A DNA stretch of 28,071 nt from NCBI GenBank assembly GCA_964428295.1, contig CAYRXL010000001.1:12559-40629 (forward strand), read 5' to 3'. Origin of the DNA: an uncultured Alphaproteobacteria bacterium. Its GTDB lineage: Bacteria > Pseudomonadota > Alphaproteobacteria > TMED109. The position numbers were made by a program, and so were the translations under genes. Positions 27,405 to 28,071 of this stretch are shown piece by piece. Below the pieces are notes generated by a model. That model saw only the letters and a list, made by a program, of their open reading frames with translations. It was not told where the DNA came from and made no database searches. Position 1 is the stretch's first letter. Each line of letters opens with the position of its first letter.

Positions 27405-27575
27405 CTATTAACTCCTTCTAATAAGAAAAAAGTTCCAATAGATCTTTTTTGTCTTACTTTTTTAATTGGCACGTATTCTTCAGAATTTAAAAAGTTTAAT
27501 GTAGACCCTTTTTTAGGAAAATTTATAATCATCATTCTAATTGATATCCATAGAATTAGCCTCAATTACTTCTTT

Positions 27576-28070
27576 CTATCTGTTTACGTGAAAAATCGCC
27601 TCACATCCCGTGCCATTTAAAAACTCATCTATAAAAACTTTATCCTTATTCTCTAAAAGATTATACTCTTCTTTAATCCAATTTACACATTTAGCTTGAT
27701 AAGAGAATGGCTTTTGAGTCCATAAATTTCCATTTAACTCTATTTCTACTTTATCCTCATTATTATAAATTGCGTCATAATTTGCTAGCAAAATTGGAAC
27801 ATAAGTACTGCCAATTTCATAAAAAACATTCCTTAGAGAGTCAGTTAAATTCTTTTTATCCACCCAATGTATATTATTAACTTCTAAACCAGATAAGTCT
27901 TCCATAATTCCGACCCAGGCAACAACTCTTGAAGCAACCCTATCGGCTATTTTCATGGGAGTAGGATCAAAAGTAGCCAATTGCGTAAGTTGTCCATATA
28001 ACGCAAAATCACAAGAGCTAGGCTTTCTACCAAAAATGTAAGGAGAAGTATTCATATGGGCATCCATTAA
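27576..28070 (-). CDS. Glutathione S-transferase-family protein, C-terminal part (5' truncated by window)
   Basis: PYIFGRKPSSCDFALYGQL matches the GST C-domain N-capping/hydrophobic-staple motif. The frame stays open to the window edge (TTA ATG GAT...). Confidence 0.72.
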   Translation of the reverse strand, partial: LMDAHMNTSPYIFGRKPSSCDFALYGQLTQLATFDPTPMKIADRVASRVVAWVGIMEDLSGLEVNNIHWVDKKNLTDSLRNVFYEIGSTYVPILLANYDAIYNNEDKVEIELNGNLWTQKPFSYQAKCVNWIKEEYNLLENKDKVFIDEFLNGTGCEAIFHVNR

Positions 28071-28071
28071 T

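Noticed and set aside
1700-27620. Short opposite-strand or alternate-frame ORFs in the track (1700-1945, 6032-6253, 6526-6795, 7033-7260, 8110-8364, 9895-10104, 11925-12185, 15628-15855, 17421-17609, 19409-19630, 22500-22682, 24086-24307, 24340-24624, 26418-26645, 26455-26742, 26938-27231, 27396-27620)
   Set aside because: All lie wholly or largely over well-supported genes, lack recognisable motifs or RBS, and look like shadow ORFs.
1-28071. tRNA, rRNA, riboswitch, CRISPR array, IS element, prophage or defence system
   Set aside because: Spacers are short and very AT-rich, with no cloverleaf, GC-rich structured segment, regularly spaced repeats, or transposase/integrase/nuclease ORF. A covariance-model search would be needed to exclude small ncRNAs formally.

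Overview
AT-rich (roughly 30% GC by spot counts) chromosomal segment, most likely from a streamlined, probably marine alphaproteobacterium (inferred from gene order and protein styles; exact taxon not determinable here). Positions 1-17.3 kb are a conserved core block: lptD(3' end)-surA-rsmA > < gmk-mltG-fabF-acpP-fabG-fabD < > rpsF-rpsR-rplI-dnaB-alr-cvpA-purF > < der-BamB/PQQ lipoprotein-YfgM-like. Genes often found in this block (pdxA, radA) are absent, with no room for them at the junctions. Positions 17.4-28 kb are accessory: SDR, O-antigen ligase-like protein, SAM methyltransferase, gpmA, acuI, a gamma-glutamyltransferase-fold Ntn hydrolase flanked by two paralogous uncharacterised secreted proteins, DUF1330, DUF3147, a pcaF/paaJ thiolase with foreign-looking Arg codon usage, and a 5'-truncated GST-family gene. 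No rRNA, tRNA, CRISPR array, transposase or phage gene was recognised. The best candidate for an undescribed system is the minus-strand run secreted paralog A - GGT-like hydrolase - secreted paralog B - acuI (21259-24840). In this hydrolase the catalytic Thr is intact but most canonical gamma-glutamyl-binding residues are replaced. All alignments and codon counts were done by eye; no database searches were run.
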